Below, piece after piece: positions 29,197 through 37,797 of a DNA stretch of 64,000 nt. The notes beneath the pieces were generated by a model. That model was not told where the DNA came from. It made no database searches and saw nothing but the letters and a program-made list of their open reading frames with translations. The stretch's first letter is position 1; each line of letters begins with the position of its first letter. Made by a program: the position numbers and the translations under genes. The stretch comes from Candidatus Acidiferrum sp. (GTDB taxonomy: Bacteria > Methylomirabilota > Methylomirabilia > Rokubacteriales > CSP1-6): positions 18,477-82,476 of the forward strand of contig DATHGT010000258.1 of assembly GCA_035317605.1 (NCBI GenBank), read 5' to 3'.

Positions 29197-29202
29197 CCGC
29201 GC
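29197..29202 (-). promoter_or_regulatory. Candidate -10 hexamer (TATAAT) for acs
   Basis: On the - strand gtgacgTATAATcccgg lies ~40 nt upstream of the acs ATG, and GAGG is 8 nt before the ATG. Confidence 0.35.
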
Positions 29203-29214
29203 CGGGATTATACG

Positions 29215-29835
29215 TCACGACGTCCGGCCGGCCTGCGAGGGCTTCTCGTTGAGGAACTGGTCGCGGTTCTCCTTGAGGCGGCGCACCAATTCGCCGAACG
29301 ACGTCGTGCGGATGATCCGGTCGAACTGGGTGCGATAGTTGCTGATCAGGCTCACGTTCTCGATGGTGATGTCGTAGATCAGCCAGTGCTCGCCCCGCTT
29401 GAGCATCCGCGCCTCGACGGGTACCTCGACGCTCTTGTTGGTGATGACCTTGGCCCGCACGATGGCGAATTCGCCGTCCACGGCCTCGCTCGTGTAGTAG
29501 AGGCGCTCGCCGCGATAGAGATCGATCTTCGAGATGTACGTCCGCTCCAGCAGGTCGGCGAACAGCTGGACGAACTCGTTCCGCTCACCCGCGTTCCGAG
29601 TCTGCCAGTGGGGGCCGAGCGCCCGCTTCGCGGTCTCGTTCACGTCGAAGATCTCGATGGCGACCTTGCGGACGGCCGCGCGCTTGTCCGTCGAGCGGAG
29701 CGCGGGGTCGTCGAGGATTTTTCTCACCTGGTCGGTGTACTGCCGCACCTGGTCGGTCGGGGGCCCGGCCCAGGCCGGCGCCGTAACGGCCAGCGCCACG
29801 AGCCCGGCCGCCGCGAATCGGACGAGAAGTCGCAT
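29215..29835 (-). CDS. MlaC/Ttg2D-family periplasmic phospholipid-binding protein
   Basis: The signal peptide is MRLLVRFAAAGLVALAVTAPAWA, and the MlaC-like fold runs through ...ERTYISKIDLYRGERLYY.... A strong SD (AGGAGG) sits 6 nt upstream of ATG 29835. The upstream part of ORF 29215..30285 is not coding. Confidence 0.8.
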   Translation of the reverse strand: MRLLVRFAAAGLVALAVTAPAWAGPPTDQVRQYTDQVRKILDDPALRSTDKRAAVRKVAIEIFDVNETAKRALGPHWQTRNAGERNEFVQLFADLLERTYISKIDLYRGERLYYTSEAVDGEFAIVRAKVITNKSVEVPVEARMLKRGEHWLIYDITIENVSLISNYRTQFDRIIRTTSFGELVRRLKENRDQFLNEKPSQAGRTS

Positions 29836-29989
29836 GCAGATCCTCCTTGTCTCTGATTCAACACTGTACTGGTCGCTCACGCTCCCCCGCAAGTCGGCGC
29901 GCCGGGCCACTGGTACAGTCGTTGCTCCGCAGAGCCGAGGTTGATCGAGACCGCGGGGCCTTGACCGCGCGCCGACGAGGAGGGCTACC

Positions 29990-30742
29990 ATGGCGACGAT
30001 GCCGAGAGAGCGGTTCATGGAGCGCGTCGAGGAGCGAACCGTCGTCAGCGCGGCCACCCGTCCCGCCGTGGGTTGGGGCGGCGTCTTCGCCGGACTCGTC
30101 GTCGGCGCCGGCGTGGTGATGTTCCTGAGCGCCCTCGGCATGGCGATCGGCATCACCATCCTGCCCGATCCGCAGGCGAGCGCGGAGGGCCCGGCGCGGC
30201 TGGGCATCGGGACGGTGGTGTGGGCGGCGTTGAGCCTGCTGGCCGGGTTCTTCGTCGGCGGCCTGGTCTCGACGCGGGCGACCAATCATCCCGACCGCGG
30301 CGGCGCCGTCATTCAGGGCGTGCTCGTGTGGATCCTCGGCGTGGTCGCCCTGCTGGCCTACGTGATGAGCGGGATCAGCACCGGTGTGACCGGCGTGGCG
30401 CAGAGCGTCGGGCTCCTCACCCGCGGCGCCATCGTCTCAGGGGTGGCCACGGCGACGGGCGCGTCGACCGACGAGGCCGCGCGCGCGCTCGACGACCTGC
30501 GCGCCCGCATCGCGCCGCTCCGCGACGATCCCGCCCGCGTCGCCGCCGAGGTGCAGGCGTTCTTCGAGCAGCTAGCCGAGCGCGCGAAGCCTCAGGATCC
30601 CGCCCTCGGCGCCGCGCAGCGCCAGGCACGCCTGACGTCCTGGACCAGCTTCGGCGCCCTGCTGCTCACGTTGCTCGTGTCGGTCGGCGGCGCGCTCAGC
30701 GGCACTCCCCGCCCCGACGACTGGCGCACGGGCTACGAGTGA
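29990..30742 (+). CDS. Hypothetical Gly/Ala-rich integral membrane protein
   Basis: GGAGGG sits 6 nt before the ATG. There are 4-5 predicted TM helices, and the C-terminal part is a soluble helical region. Confidence 0.55.
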   Translation: MATMPRERFMERVEERTVVSAATRPAVGWGGVFAGLVVGAGVVMFLSALGMAIGITILPDPQASAEGPARLGIGTVVWAALSLLAGFFVGGLVSTRATNHPDRGGAVIQGVLVWILGVVALLAYVMSGISTGVTGVAQSVGLLTRGAIVSGVATATGASTDEAARALDDLRARIAPLRDDPARVAAEVQAFFEQLAERAKPQDPALGAAQRQARLTSWTSFGALLLTLLVSVGGALSGTPRPDDWRTGYE

Positions 30743-30743
30743 G

Positions 30744-31619
30744 CTAGGGAATCAGGCTCTTGAGGTGGGTGAGGATCTCGCGCTCGAAGTCGTCGAGCGT
30801 GATGCCGAACGCCTTCTGGAAGTTCTCGCGCGGGGTCTGGCTGGTGCCGAAGGAGCGGATGTACTCGACCACGCTGCCGAAGCCGTGGTGCCGGATCAGA
30901 TAGTCGGTCATCAGGAAGGCCAGCTGGTACGTCGGCACCGAGCCTTCCTTGAGATGCCGCACCGTGAAGCCGCGCGGCGTGCCGAGCGTGGCCAGGTCGA
31001 GGCGCGCGGAGATCAGCGCGGCGTGATTGCGGATGCCCCGGCGGGCGATCTCGCGGCGGTTCGGCATGGTGTCCAGATGCAGGCGCTCGAGCACGGTGAA
31101 CGCCACCCACTCGGCCATGCCCTCGGCGAGCCACTGCGCGGCGCGGCCTTCACCCTCGGCCAGCTCGATCTGACAGACGTGCGTCATCTCGTGGGCGATC
31201 AGGCGGAGCCACTCGCGGCGCGAGCTGTCGGCGCCTTCCTCGTTGAGCAGGAGCTGACGGCGCCGGCCCACGCCGATCGCGAAGTCGGCCAGCTCGGCCG
31301 CGCGCGCCGGCGAGACGTCGCCGTCCTGCACGAGCCCGCGCTCGAACGACTTCGCCGAGCCGTAGAGGAAGACCGTGAAGCGCGAGGGCACCGGCAGTCC
31401 GAGGTCGCGCGCGAGAATCGCCGCGATGCCTCGCACGGCGGCGGGATCGGTCTTGAGCTCGCGGCCGTCGACGGGGACGCTGATCGTCGAGGGATCGATG
31501 GAGATGGGCAGCACCAGGCGCGCGTTGCCGCAGCCGCCGACGATGGCCAGGAGCAGGACGAGACACAGCCCACCGGTGAGGGTGACCATCCCGAACGGGC
31601 CGCGGGCGGCGTGAGACAT
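30744..31619 (-). CDS. Putative lipoprotein zinc-dependent peptidase (HEXXH: IAHEMTHV)
   Basis: The signal plus lipobox is LLLAIVGGCG. The HEMTH motif is followed by a downstream Glu. No closer family assignment. Confidence 0.55.
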   Translation of the reverse strand: MSHAARGPFGMVTLTGGLCLVLLLAIVGGCGNARLVLPISIDPSTISVPVDGRELKTDPAAVRGIAAILARDLGLPVPSRFTVFLYGSAKSFERGLVQDGDVSPARAAELADFAIGVGRRRQLLLNEEGADSSRREWLRLIAHEMTHVCQIELAEGEGRAAQWLAEGMAEWVAFTVLERLHLDTMPNRREIARRGIRNHAALISARLDLATLGTPRGFTVRHLKEGSVPTYQLAFLMTDYLIRHHGFGSVVEYIRSFGTSQTPRENFQKAFGITLDDFEREILTHLKSLIP

Positions 31620-31718
31620 GAAAGCGATTGCCTACCTTGCGGCGGGATCTTACACAGCCCGAGGGCGGAAGGGAAGACCTTTTCACAAAAAGATCGATTT
31701 TTTGCTGACCATCTGATT

Positions 31719-32075
31719 GTGAAACTTACATTGCGCTGCGCCTCGGCCCTCGCCTTCACGACGCTGCTGCTCCTCGCCGGAGCGGCCGCGGGTCAATCCG
31801 TCCGCGGGCCAATCGTGAAGCCGGACTACCGCGGCCGGGGCGTGGTGCTCGCGGTGCTGCCGCCGCCCTCCGACCTGCACGCGACCCGTCCGGTCATCGT
31901 GATCGAGCACGAGCCCATCGCGGGATTGATGGACGAGAAGATGTCGATGCCGTTCATCGCCGCCTCGACCACCCTGTTCCAGGGACTGCGCAAGGGCGAC
32001 CGGATCGCGTTCGGCCTCAAGAACACGCCCGACGCGCTGCTGGTCGTCTCGATCGAGCGTCTCAGTGGCCCTTGA
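31719..32075 (+). CDS. cusF: CusF-family periplasmic Cu(I)/Ag(I)-binding protein
   Basis: GTG 31719 gives the signal VKLTLRCASALAFTTLLLLAGAAAG. The CusF core is VIVIEHEPIAGLMDEKMSMPFIAAS...GDRIAFGL with the His/Met/Met ligand pattern. It is the C-terminal 118 codons of ORF 30765..32075. Confidence 0.7.
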   Translation: MKLTLRCASALAFTTLLLLAGAAAGQSVRGPIVKPDYRGRGVVLAVLPPPSDLHATRPVIVIEHEPIAGLMDEKMSMPFIAASTTLFQGLRKGDRIAFGLKNTPDALLVVSIERLSGP

Positions 32076-32853
32076 ACTGGGGCTCCCGCTTGTCGACGAA
32101 GGCGCGCGCGGCCTCGCGATGGTCCTCGGTCTCTCCGGTGCGCGAGTGGTGCCACGCCTCCAGATCGAGGAGTTGCGCCAGCGTGCCGCTCTCCGCCGCG
32201 TTCATGTTCCGCTTCATGTAGCCATAGGCGACGCGCGGGCCGCGCGCGAGCTTGCCGGCCAGCGCGCGGGTTTCCCCCTCGAGGTCGGCGTCGGGCACGA
32301 CGCGATTGACCAGACCCAGCGACAGCGCCCGCTGCGCGTCGAGGATGTCCGCCGTGTAGTACAGCTCGCGGGCCTTGGCGGTGCCCACGAGCCGGGTGAG
32401 GTAGTAGCTGCCGCCGAAATCGCCGGAGTAGCCGACCCGCGCGAACGCGGTGGCGAAGCGCGCGTTGTCGGAGGCGATGCGGAGATCGCACGCCATGGCC
32501 AGCGAGAGGCCGGCGCCCGCCGCCGCGCCGCGCACCATCGCGATCGTCGGCTTCGGCATCTCGTGGAGCCATCGCGAGGTCTCCATCCGCGCCCGCAGCG
32601 CCTGGGCGCGCTGCTCCAGCGTGTCGCCCTCGGCCTCGCGCCCCTCGGCCATCTCCTTCACGTCACCGCCCGCGCAGAAGCCGCGTCCCGCCCCGGTGAG
32701 GATCACCACGCCGACGTCGTCGGCGGCGGCGAGCCGGGTGAGCGCTTCGAGCAGCGCGTCGAGCATCGCCGGCGAGAGCGCGTTGAGCCGATCGGGCCGA
32801 TTCATGGTCAGCACGGCCACGCCGTCCGTCACCTCTTCCCGCAAGTCCGCCAT
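32062..32853 (-). CDS. Enoyl-CoA hydratase/isomerase (crotonase) family protein
   Basis: The protein shows VLTMNRPDRLNAL...GAGRGFCAGGDVKEM...AMVRGAAAGAGLSLAMACD. Its 3' end overlaps cusF convergently by 14 nt. Confidence 0.85.
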   Translation of the reverse strand: MADLREEVTDGVAVLTMNRPDRLNALSPAMLDALLEALTRLAAADDVGVVILTGAGRGFCAGGDVKEMAEGREAEGDTLEQRAQALRARMETSRWLHEMPKPTIAMVRGAAAGAGLSLAMACDLRIASDNARFATAFARVGYSGDFGGSYYLTRLVGTAKARELYYTADILDAQRALSLGLVNRVVPDADLEGETRALAGKLARGPRVAYGYMKRNMNAAESGTLAQLLDLEAWHHSRTGETEDHREAARAFVDKREPQFKGH

Positions 32854-32909
32854 GACATTCCCTCCGCGCGTGATCGAGTCCGGCGATGATGGACTAGAAT
32901 ACGCGACCA

Positions 32910-34114
32910 GTGAACGCTCCCCTGCTCGACGGCCTCACCGTGCTCGACTTCACGCGCGTGCTCGCGGGCCCGTACTGCACGCGCCTGCTCGCCGACCTCG
33001 GCGCCCGCGTGATCAAGATCGAGCGGCCGGGCGAAGGCGACGAGATGCGCCGCGGGTTCTTGCAGCTCGACCCCGCGCGCACCGACCAGTCCACGTACTT
33101 CATCCGCATCAACGCCGGCAAGCGGAGCGTGGCCGTCGACCTGGCCCATCCCGACGCCCAACCATTGGTGTTCGATCTCGTCCGCCGGGCCGACGTGGTG
33201 GTCGAGAACTTCGTGCCGGGGGTGATGGCCAAGCTCGGGCTCGACTACGCCACCGTGGCGGCCGTTCGTCCGGGCATCGTGTACTGCTCGATCTCCGGAT
33301 ACGGCCAGACCGGCCCGCTCAGCAGCGCGCCCGCCTTCGCGCACTTGATCAGCGCGATGTCGGGGCTCATGCACCTCGAGCAGGGCGACGATCCCGCGCC
33401 GCGCGCCCCCTATCTGCAGGCCGCCGACGTGCTGGCCGGCACCCACGCGTTCGGCGCCATCCTGGCCGCAGTGGTGCGCCGCGGCCGCACCGGCGAGGGC
33501 GCGCGTCTCGACGTCTCGATGCTGGAGGCGCTGGTCGCCGCCGAGGACATCTCGTACGGCGGCGTGCTGAACGGTGCCGCCGAATACCCGGGGCCGCGGC
33601 CGGGCATGATCGTTCATCGGATCGGGGATCGGTACGTCGCCGTGCAGACCGTGGGCGCGCCGCAGCTGTGGGCGCGTGTCACGAGCGCGATGGGGCGGCC
33701 GGAGCTGGGGGCCGATCCGCGCTTCGCCACGCCCGCGGCCCGGCGAGAGCGCTGGGGAGAGATCCGGGAGATGGTCACCGCGTGGCTCGACACGTTCCCG
33801 GCCGTCGGGGCCGCGATCGACGCGCTACGCGCGGCGCGCGTCCCGTGCGCGCCGGTGCTGGCCCCGGCCGAGGTCGCCGAGCACCCGCACATGCGGGCGC
33901 GTCAGGCGTTTCCGGCGATCCCGCACCCGACGCGGGGCGAGGTGCGCATCACAGCCACGCCCGTGCACGTCGACGACCGGCCGGTGACGCCGGCGGGCGG
34001 CGCGCCCTACCGCGCGGGCGAGCACACCCGCGCGGTGCTGCGTGACGTGCTCGGCTACAAGGACGAACGAATCGCGGAGCTGGAGAGAAGCGGCGTGATC
34101 GAGGCGCCGCCCGA

Positions 34115-34118
<4 letters not shown>
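32910..34118 (+). CDS. CoA-transferase family III (CaiB/BaiF) protein
   Basis: The protein shows LDGLTVLDFTRVLAGPYCTRLLADLGARVIKIE...VENFVPGVMAKLGLDY. GTG start. Confidence 0.85.
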
Positions 34119-34531
<413 letters not shown>

Positions 34532-34544
34532 GCCTGGACTCCTC

Positions 34545-34781
34545 TCAGCCTTCCGCGAGTGCCGCGTCGATCGCCTTGGGGTTGAAGCCGGTCAGCTTCT
34601 TGTCGCCGATGAGCAGCACGGGCAGCGACAGGAGGCCCAGCGCCATCAGCTCCTGGCGGGCCTCCGGGTCACGTCCCACGTTCTTCTCGGTGAACACCAC
34701 GCCCTTTTGCGATAGATACTCTACCGCTCGGTGACAGGGCCCTCAGCCGATGTTGGTGTAGACGGTGATGCTCGGCGCCAT
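34545..34781 (-). CDS. Glutaredoxin/NrdH-like redox protein, predicted selenoprotein with an in-frame UGA (Sec) at 34743..34745 in a U-G-P-C active site
   Basis: ORF 34743..35084 ends ...MAPSITVYTNIG at a TGA. The same frame continues GPCHRAVEYLSQKGVVFTEKNVGRDPEARQELMALGLLSLPVLLIGDKKLTGFNPKAIDAALAEG* to the TGA at 34545. This is a Grx/NrdH layout (VYT-x-x-x-C-P-x-C-HRA) with TGA at the first Cys. GGAGG sits 7 nt before ATG 34781. An 8-bp hairpin lies 15 nt after the UGA. Confidence 0.65.
34710..34728 (-). promoter_or_regulatory. SECIS-like hairpin 3' of the UGA in the Grx-like gene
   Basis: On the - strand GCGGUAGA-gua-UCUAUCGC forms an 8-bp stem (one G-U pair) with a 3-nt loop, beginning 15 nt downstream of the UGA. 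Confidence 0.45.
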
Positions 34782-34887
34782 GCGTTCCCCTCCTCTACGT
34801 TGAGATGCGCGTGACCCGCGCGCGGGTTCGATGGTAACACCGCTGTGGTACGCTCCGCGCGAATCGACCGCCGAGGAGGAACGGGTG

Positions 34888-35748
34888 ATGTCCGATACCG
34901 TGCACGTGGCCAGCGGCAAGGTGCGAGAACTGTACGCGCTCGACGACGACCGGCTGCTGCTCGTGGCCTCCGACCGGATCTCGACCTTCGACGTCGTGCA
35001 TCCGACCGCCATCCCCGACAAGGGCCGCGTGCTCGCCGGCCTCGCCGCGTTCTGGTTCACGCGGACGCGCACGATCTGCCTCAATCACCTGTTGACCGTG
35101 CGACCCGACGGCCGCTCGACCGAATGCCGGCGGCTGGCCATGCTGCCCATCGAGTGCGTGGTGCGCGGCTACCTCGCCGGTTCGGGGTGGCGCGACTACC
35201 GGACGCGCGGCGAGGTCTGCGGTCACCGCCTGCCCGCCGGGCTCCGCGAGTCCGACCGCCTGCCCGAGCCGATCTTCACGCCCGCCACCAAGGCCCAGAC
35301 CGGCCACGACGAGAACATCACCCGCGAGGAGGCCGCCTCCGTGGTCGGCGCCGAGCGCCTCGCCGAGGTCGAGCGCCTCTCGCTCGAGCTGTATCGCTTC
35401 GCGTCGGAGTACGCCCGCGAGCGCGGGATCGTCATCGCGGACACCAAGTTCGAGTTCGGCCTCGATCGCGCGGGACGCGTGGTGCTGGGTGACGAGGCGC
35501 TGACACCGGATTCGTCCCGCTTCTGGCCCGCCGACCAGTACGCGCCCGGCGGTCCGCAGCCGTCGTTCGACAAGCAGTTCGTCCGCGACTACTGCGAGCG
35601 CACGGGATGGGACAAGACCCCGCCCGGACCGGAGCTTCCGCCGGACGTGGTCTCCGGCACGCGGGCGCGCTACGTCGAAGCGTTCGAGCGCCTGACGTCG
35701 ATCGAGTTCGACGGCTACCTCGCCGACCCGACCGTGGTCCTGGGTTAA
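34888..35748 (+). CDS. purC: Phosphoribosylaminoimidazole-succinocarboxamide synthase (SAICAR synthetase)
   Basis: The protein shows MSDTVHVASGKVRELY...LLVASDRISTFDVV...GIVIADTKFEFG. GGAGG sits 9 nt before ATG 34888 (M20 of the listed ORF). Confidence 0.9.
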   Translation: MSDTVHVASGKVRELYALDDDRLLLVASDRISTFDVVHPTAIPDKGRVLAGLAAFWFTRTRTICLNHLLTVRPDGRSTECRRLAMLPIECVVRGYLAGSGWRDYRTRGEVCGHRLPAGLRESDRLPEPIFTPATKAQTGHDENITREEAASVVGAERLAEVERLSLELYRFASEYARERGIVIADTKFEFGLDRAGRVVLGDEALTPDSSRFWPADQYAPGGPQPSFDKQFVRDYCERTGWDKTPPGPELPPDVVSGTRARYVEAFERLTSIEFDGYLADPTVVLG

Positions 35749-36533
35749 GCGCCGGGCACGGGAGTCCGATCGACGGGCGCGATGGCGCCCATGTCGGACT
35801 CGAGCTGGAGCGTGTCGGCGATCTTGCTGTAGCTCGAGAACATCTGCGCCACGCCGAGGATCTCCATCACCCCGCGCTCGCCGACACCGAGCCGTCGCAT
35901 CTGACCCAGGTGCAGCGCCGTCCCGAAGCGCGAGCGTGACGTGAGCGAGACCGCGAAGGCCAGCGCTTCCTTCAGCCGCCGGGTCAGCGCGTGGTCGTCG
36001 AACGCGTGACGGAGCGCGCCCCAGAAATCGGCGAGATACCCGGGATCGTGGGCGAGCGTCAGGAACGGCGCGGGCATGTCGCCGTAGAACGCGCGGATCT
36101 CGTCGAAGACGGCGCGAGCTTCATCGCCCGGTTCGGTCGGCGGCGGCAGGATCTCAGCGGGTAATCCGTCGGCGACCACGTTGAGCGCGTTGGTGATGCC
36201 GACGACGGACGCGGCCTCGTACCAGAGCGCGTCCTCCTTCATCCCCTGCAGCTTCCCGGCCGCAGTGTGCGCTTCCACTCAGTAGCGACAGGCATTCACC
36301 CCGCTGACGACGGCCGCGACCATCTCCTTCTCCGCTCGTGTGAACTCGCCGGGCCCCATCGCCCGCTTCATCGCCCGCCCGTGAGGACCGCCGAACCCGG
36401 GATCCCACGCCATCACCCGACTCATCGCCGGCGGCTCCACGAAGTCATACCCGAACCACGCCTTCGACAGCTCGAACAGCCTGCGCGCCGCCTCCGGATA
36501 CTCCGACGCGTCTCGAATCCTCACCGTGGTCAT
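35745..36533 (-). CDS. AhpD/carboxymuconolactone-decarboxylase-family peroxidase-related protein, predicted selenoprotein with an in-frame UGA (Sec) at 36279..36281 (C-x-Y-U motif)
   Basis: ORF 36279..36533 ends ...EKEMVAAVVSGVNACRY at a TGA, and ORF 35745..36278 continues in the same frame from the next codon (GTG) as VEAHTAAGKLQ.... The joined sequence VSGVNACRY-U-VEAH matches the CMD/AhpD-core motif N-x-C-x-Y-C-x-x-x-H with the second Cys replaced by TGA. A very strong SD (GGAGGAGG) sits before ATG 36533. A 7-bp hairpin lies 13 nt after the UGA. Confidence 0.65.
36247..36266 (-). promoter_or_regulatory. SECIS-like hairpin 3' of the UGA in the AhpD-like gene
   Basis: On the - strand CUGCGGC-cgggaa-GCUGCAG forms a 7-bp stem with a GG-containing loop, beginning 13 nt downstream of the UGA. 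Confidence 0.45.
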
Positions 36534-36666
36534 CGCGCCCTCCTCCCCGCGGTTCGTGACAAAGCCCGGGCGATCCTACCTCCCAGGATGAGCTCGATCA
36601 AACAGTCGAGATCCGCAATGGCGGTCGGTCGCCACGACCAGTTCGACCCCACGCGCGACAGGCATC

Positions 36667-36694
36667 ATGACAGCATTTCCAATAATGCTATGAT
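36667..36694 (+). promoter_or_regulatory. vapBC promoter (-35 ATGACA / 16 nt / -10 TATGAT) with an overlapping inverted repeat; predicts a leaderless vapB mRNA
   Basis: ATGACAgcatttccaataatgcTATGATgccgccATG. The -10 ends 6 nt before the vapB ATG (36701). gcatt...aatgc is an inverted repeat within the spacer and is the likely VapB operator. Confidence 0.45.
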
Positions 36695-36700
36695 GCCGCC

Positions 36701-36961
36701 ATGCGGACCACGGTGACGCTCGATCCTGACGTCGCGGCGAAGCTCAAGGCGGTCGCCCGCGAGCGCGGCATCTCGTTCAAGCAGGCCCTGAACGGCGCCG
36801 TACGGGCTGGCCTCGGGGGGCAGCGCAAAGCCGCCCGCGCCTTCACGCAGTACGCGCAGCCGATGGGTCTCCGTCCGGGCTTCAATCTCGACAAAGCCCT
36901 CCAACTCGCGGGGGCCCTCGAGGACGAGGAGATCGTGCGCCGGCTCGAGCGACGCAAGTGA
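36701..36961 (+). CDS. vapB: Type II antitoxin VapB-like (ribbon-helix-helix / CopG-type)
   Basis: MRTTVTLDPDVAAKLKAVARERGISFKQALN..., 86 aa. The stop overlaps the vapC GTG start (GTGA). Confidence 0.75.
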   Translation: MRTTVTLDPDVAAKLKAVARERGISFKQALNGAVRAGLGGQRKAARAFTQYAQPMGLRPGFNLDKALQLAGALEDEEIVRRLERRK

Positions 36962-37392
36962 AGCTCGTCGATGCGAACCTCCTCCTCTACGCGACCGACG
37001 CGCGTTCGCCGCGACACGCGGCGGCCCGATCCTGGCTCGAGCAGCAGTTGTCGGGCGTCGAGACGATCGCGCTCGCATGGGTGGTGTTGCTCGCGTTCTT
37101 GCGTCTGAGCACCCATTCACACGTCTTCGCGCGACCGCTGGCGGTGGAGCGCGCGTTCGACGTGGTCGACCGCTGGCTCGCGCGACCATGCGTCGTCGTC
37201 GTGCATCCGGGTGATCGGCACGCGGCGGTCATGCGCCAGCTTCTCGGACGGCTCGGGACGGCGGGCAACCTGGTGAACGACGCCCACCTGGCCGCCCTCG
37301 CCATCGAGCACGGCGCGGAGCTGAACTCGTGCGATTCCGACTTCTCCCGCTTCGCCGGACTCCGCTGGATCAACCCCCTCGACGCTGCGTAA
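36958..37392 (+). CDS. vapC: PIN-domain toxin VapC
   Basis: MKLVDANLLLYATDARSPRHAAARSWL... with the acidic PIN residues (D5, E..., D..., NxxD ...LVNDAHLAA...CDSDFSRF). Confidence 0.85.
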   Translation: MKLVDANLLLYATDARSPRHAAARSWLEQQLSGVETIALAWVVLLAFLRLSTHSHVFARPLAVERAFDVVDRWLARPCVVVVHPGDRHAAVMRQLLGRLGTAGNLVNDAHLAALAIEHGAELNSCDSDFSRFAGLRWINPLDAA

Positions 37393-37756
37393 CGACGTGT
37401 GCAATACGCGACCCTGCCTCGCGGGTTCCCTCGTCAGGGGCGAGCCTGCAGGGCCGCCGATGTCGAGACGCAAAGACTTCTCCGCGGATCGGCGCCGGCA
37501 TCGAGTCGCCCGAGCGAGTCGGATCGTTTCGATACTTCAGGGAAATGGTCTCTCCATGACGTCGGAGGTTACGCATGATTCTTCTGCCGAGTCGTCGCTC
37601 CGGGCAGTACATCGAGCCGAGCCGGCTGATCGACGTCATGGCGCTCGTGCAAGGGCTCGCGCTGCACGGAAACGCCCTCAGAGAGGGGTATCTAACAGAG
37701 CCACACGACTCCGCGCTCTCGCCGCCTGTCTGAGCAGTGAAGAGCGCGCCTCAGGC

Positions 37757-37790
37757 GAGCGACGAGGGGCTCGGGAGGGGCGAAGCCCCC
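37757..37790 (-). terminator. GC-rich hairpin directly after the OmpA-domain lipoprotein stop
   Basis: CUCGGAGGGGGCuucGCCCCUCCCGAG forms a ~11-bp stem on the - strand within 10 nt of the TGA at 37798. Confidence 0.45.
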
Positions 37791-37797
37791 TCCGAGT

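Noticed and set aside
29836-29989. Two GTAC-centred imperfect motifs (ACTGTACTGGT / ACTGGTACAGT) in the mlaC / membrane-protein divergent region as a LexA or other operator
   Set aside because: Neither matches CTGT-N8-ACAG, and they are not true palindromes or exact repeats of each other. Too weak to call.
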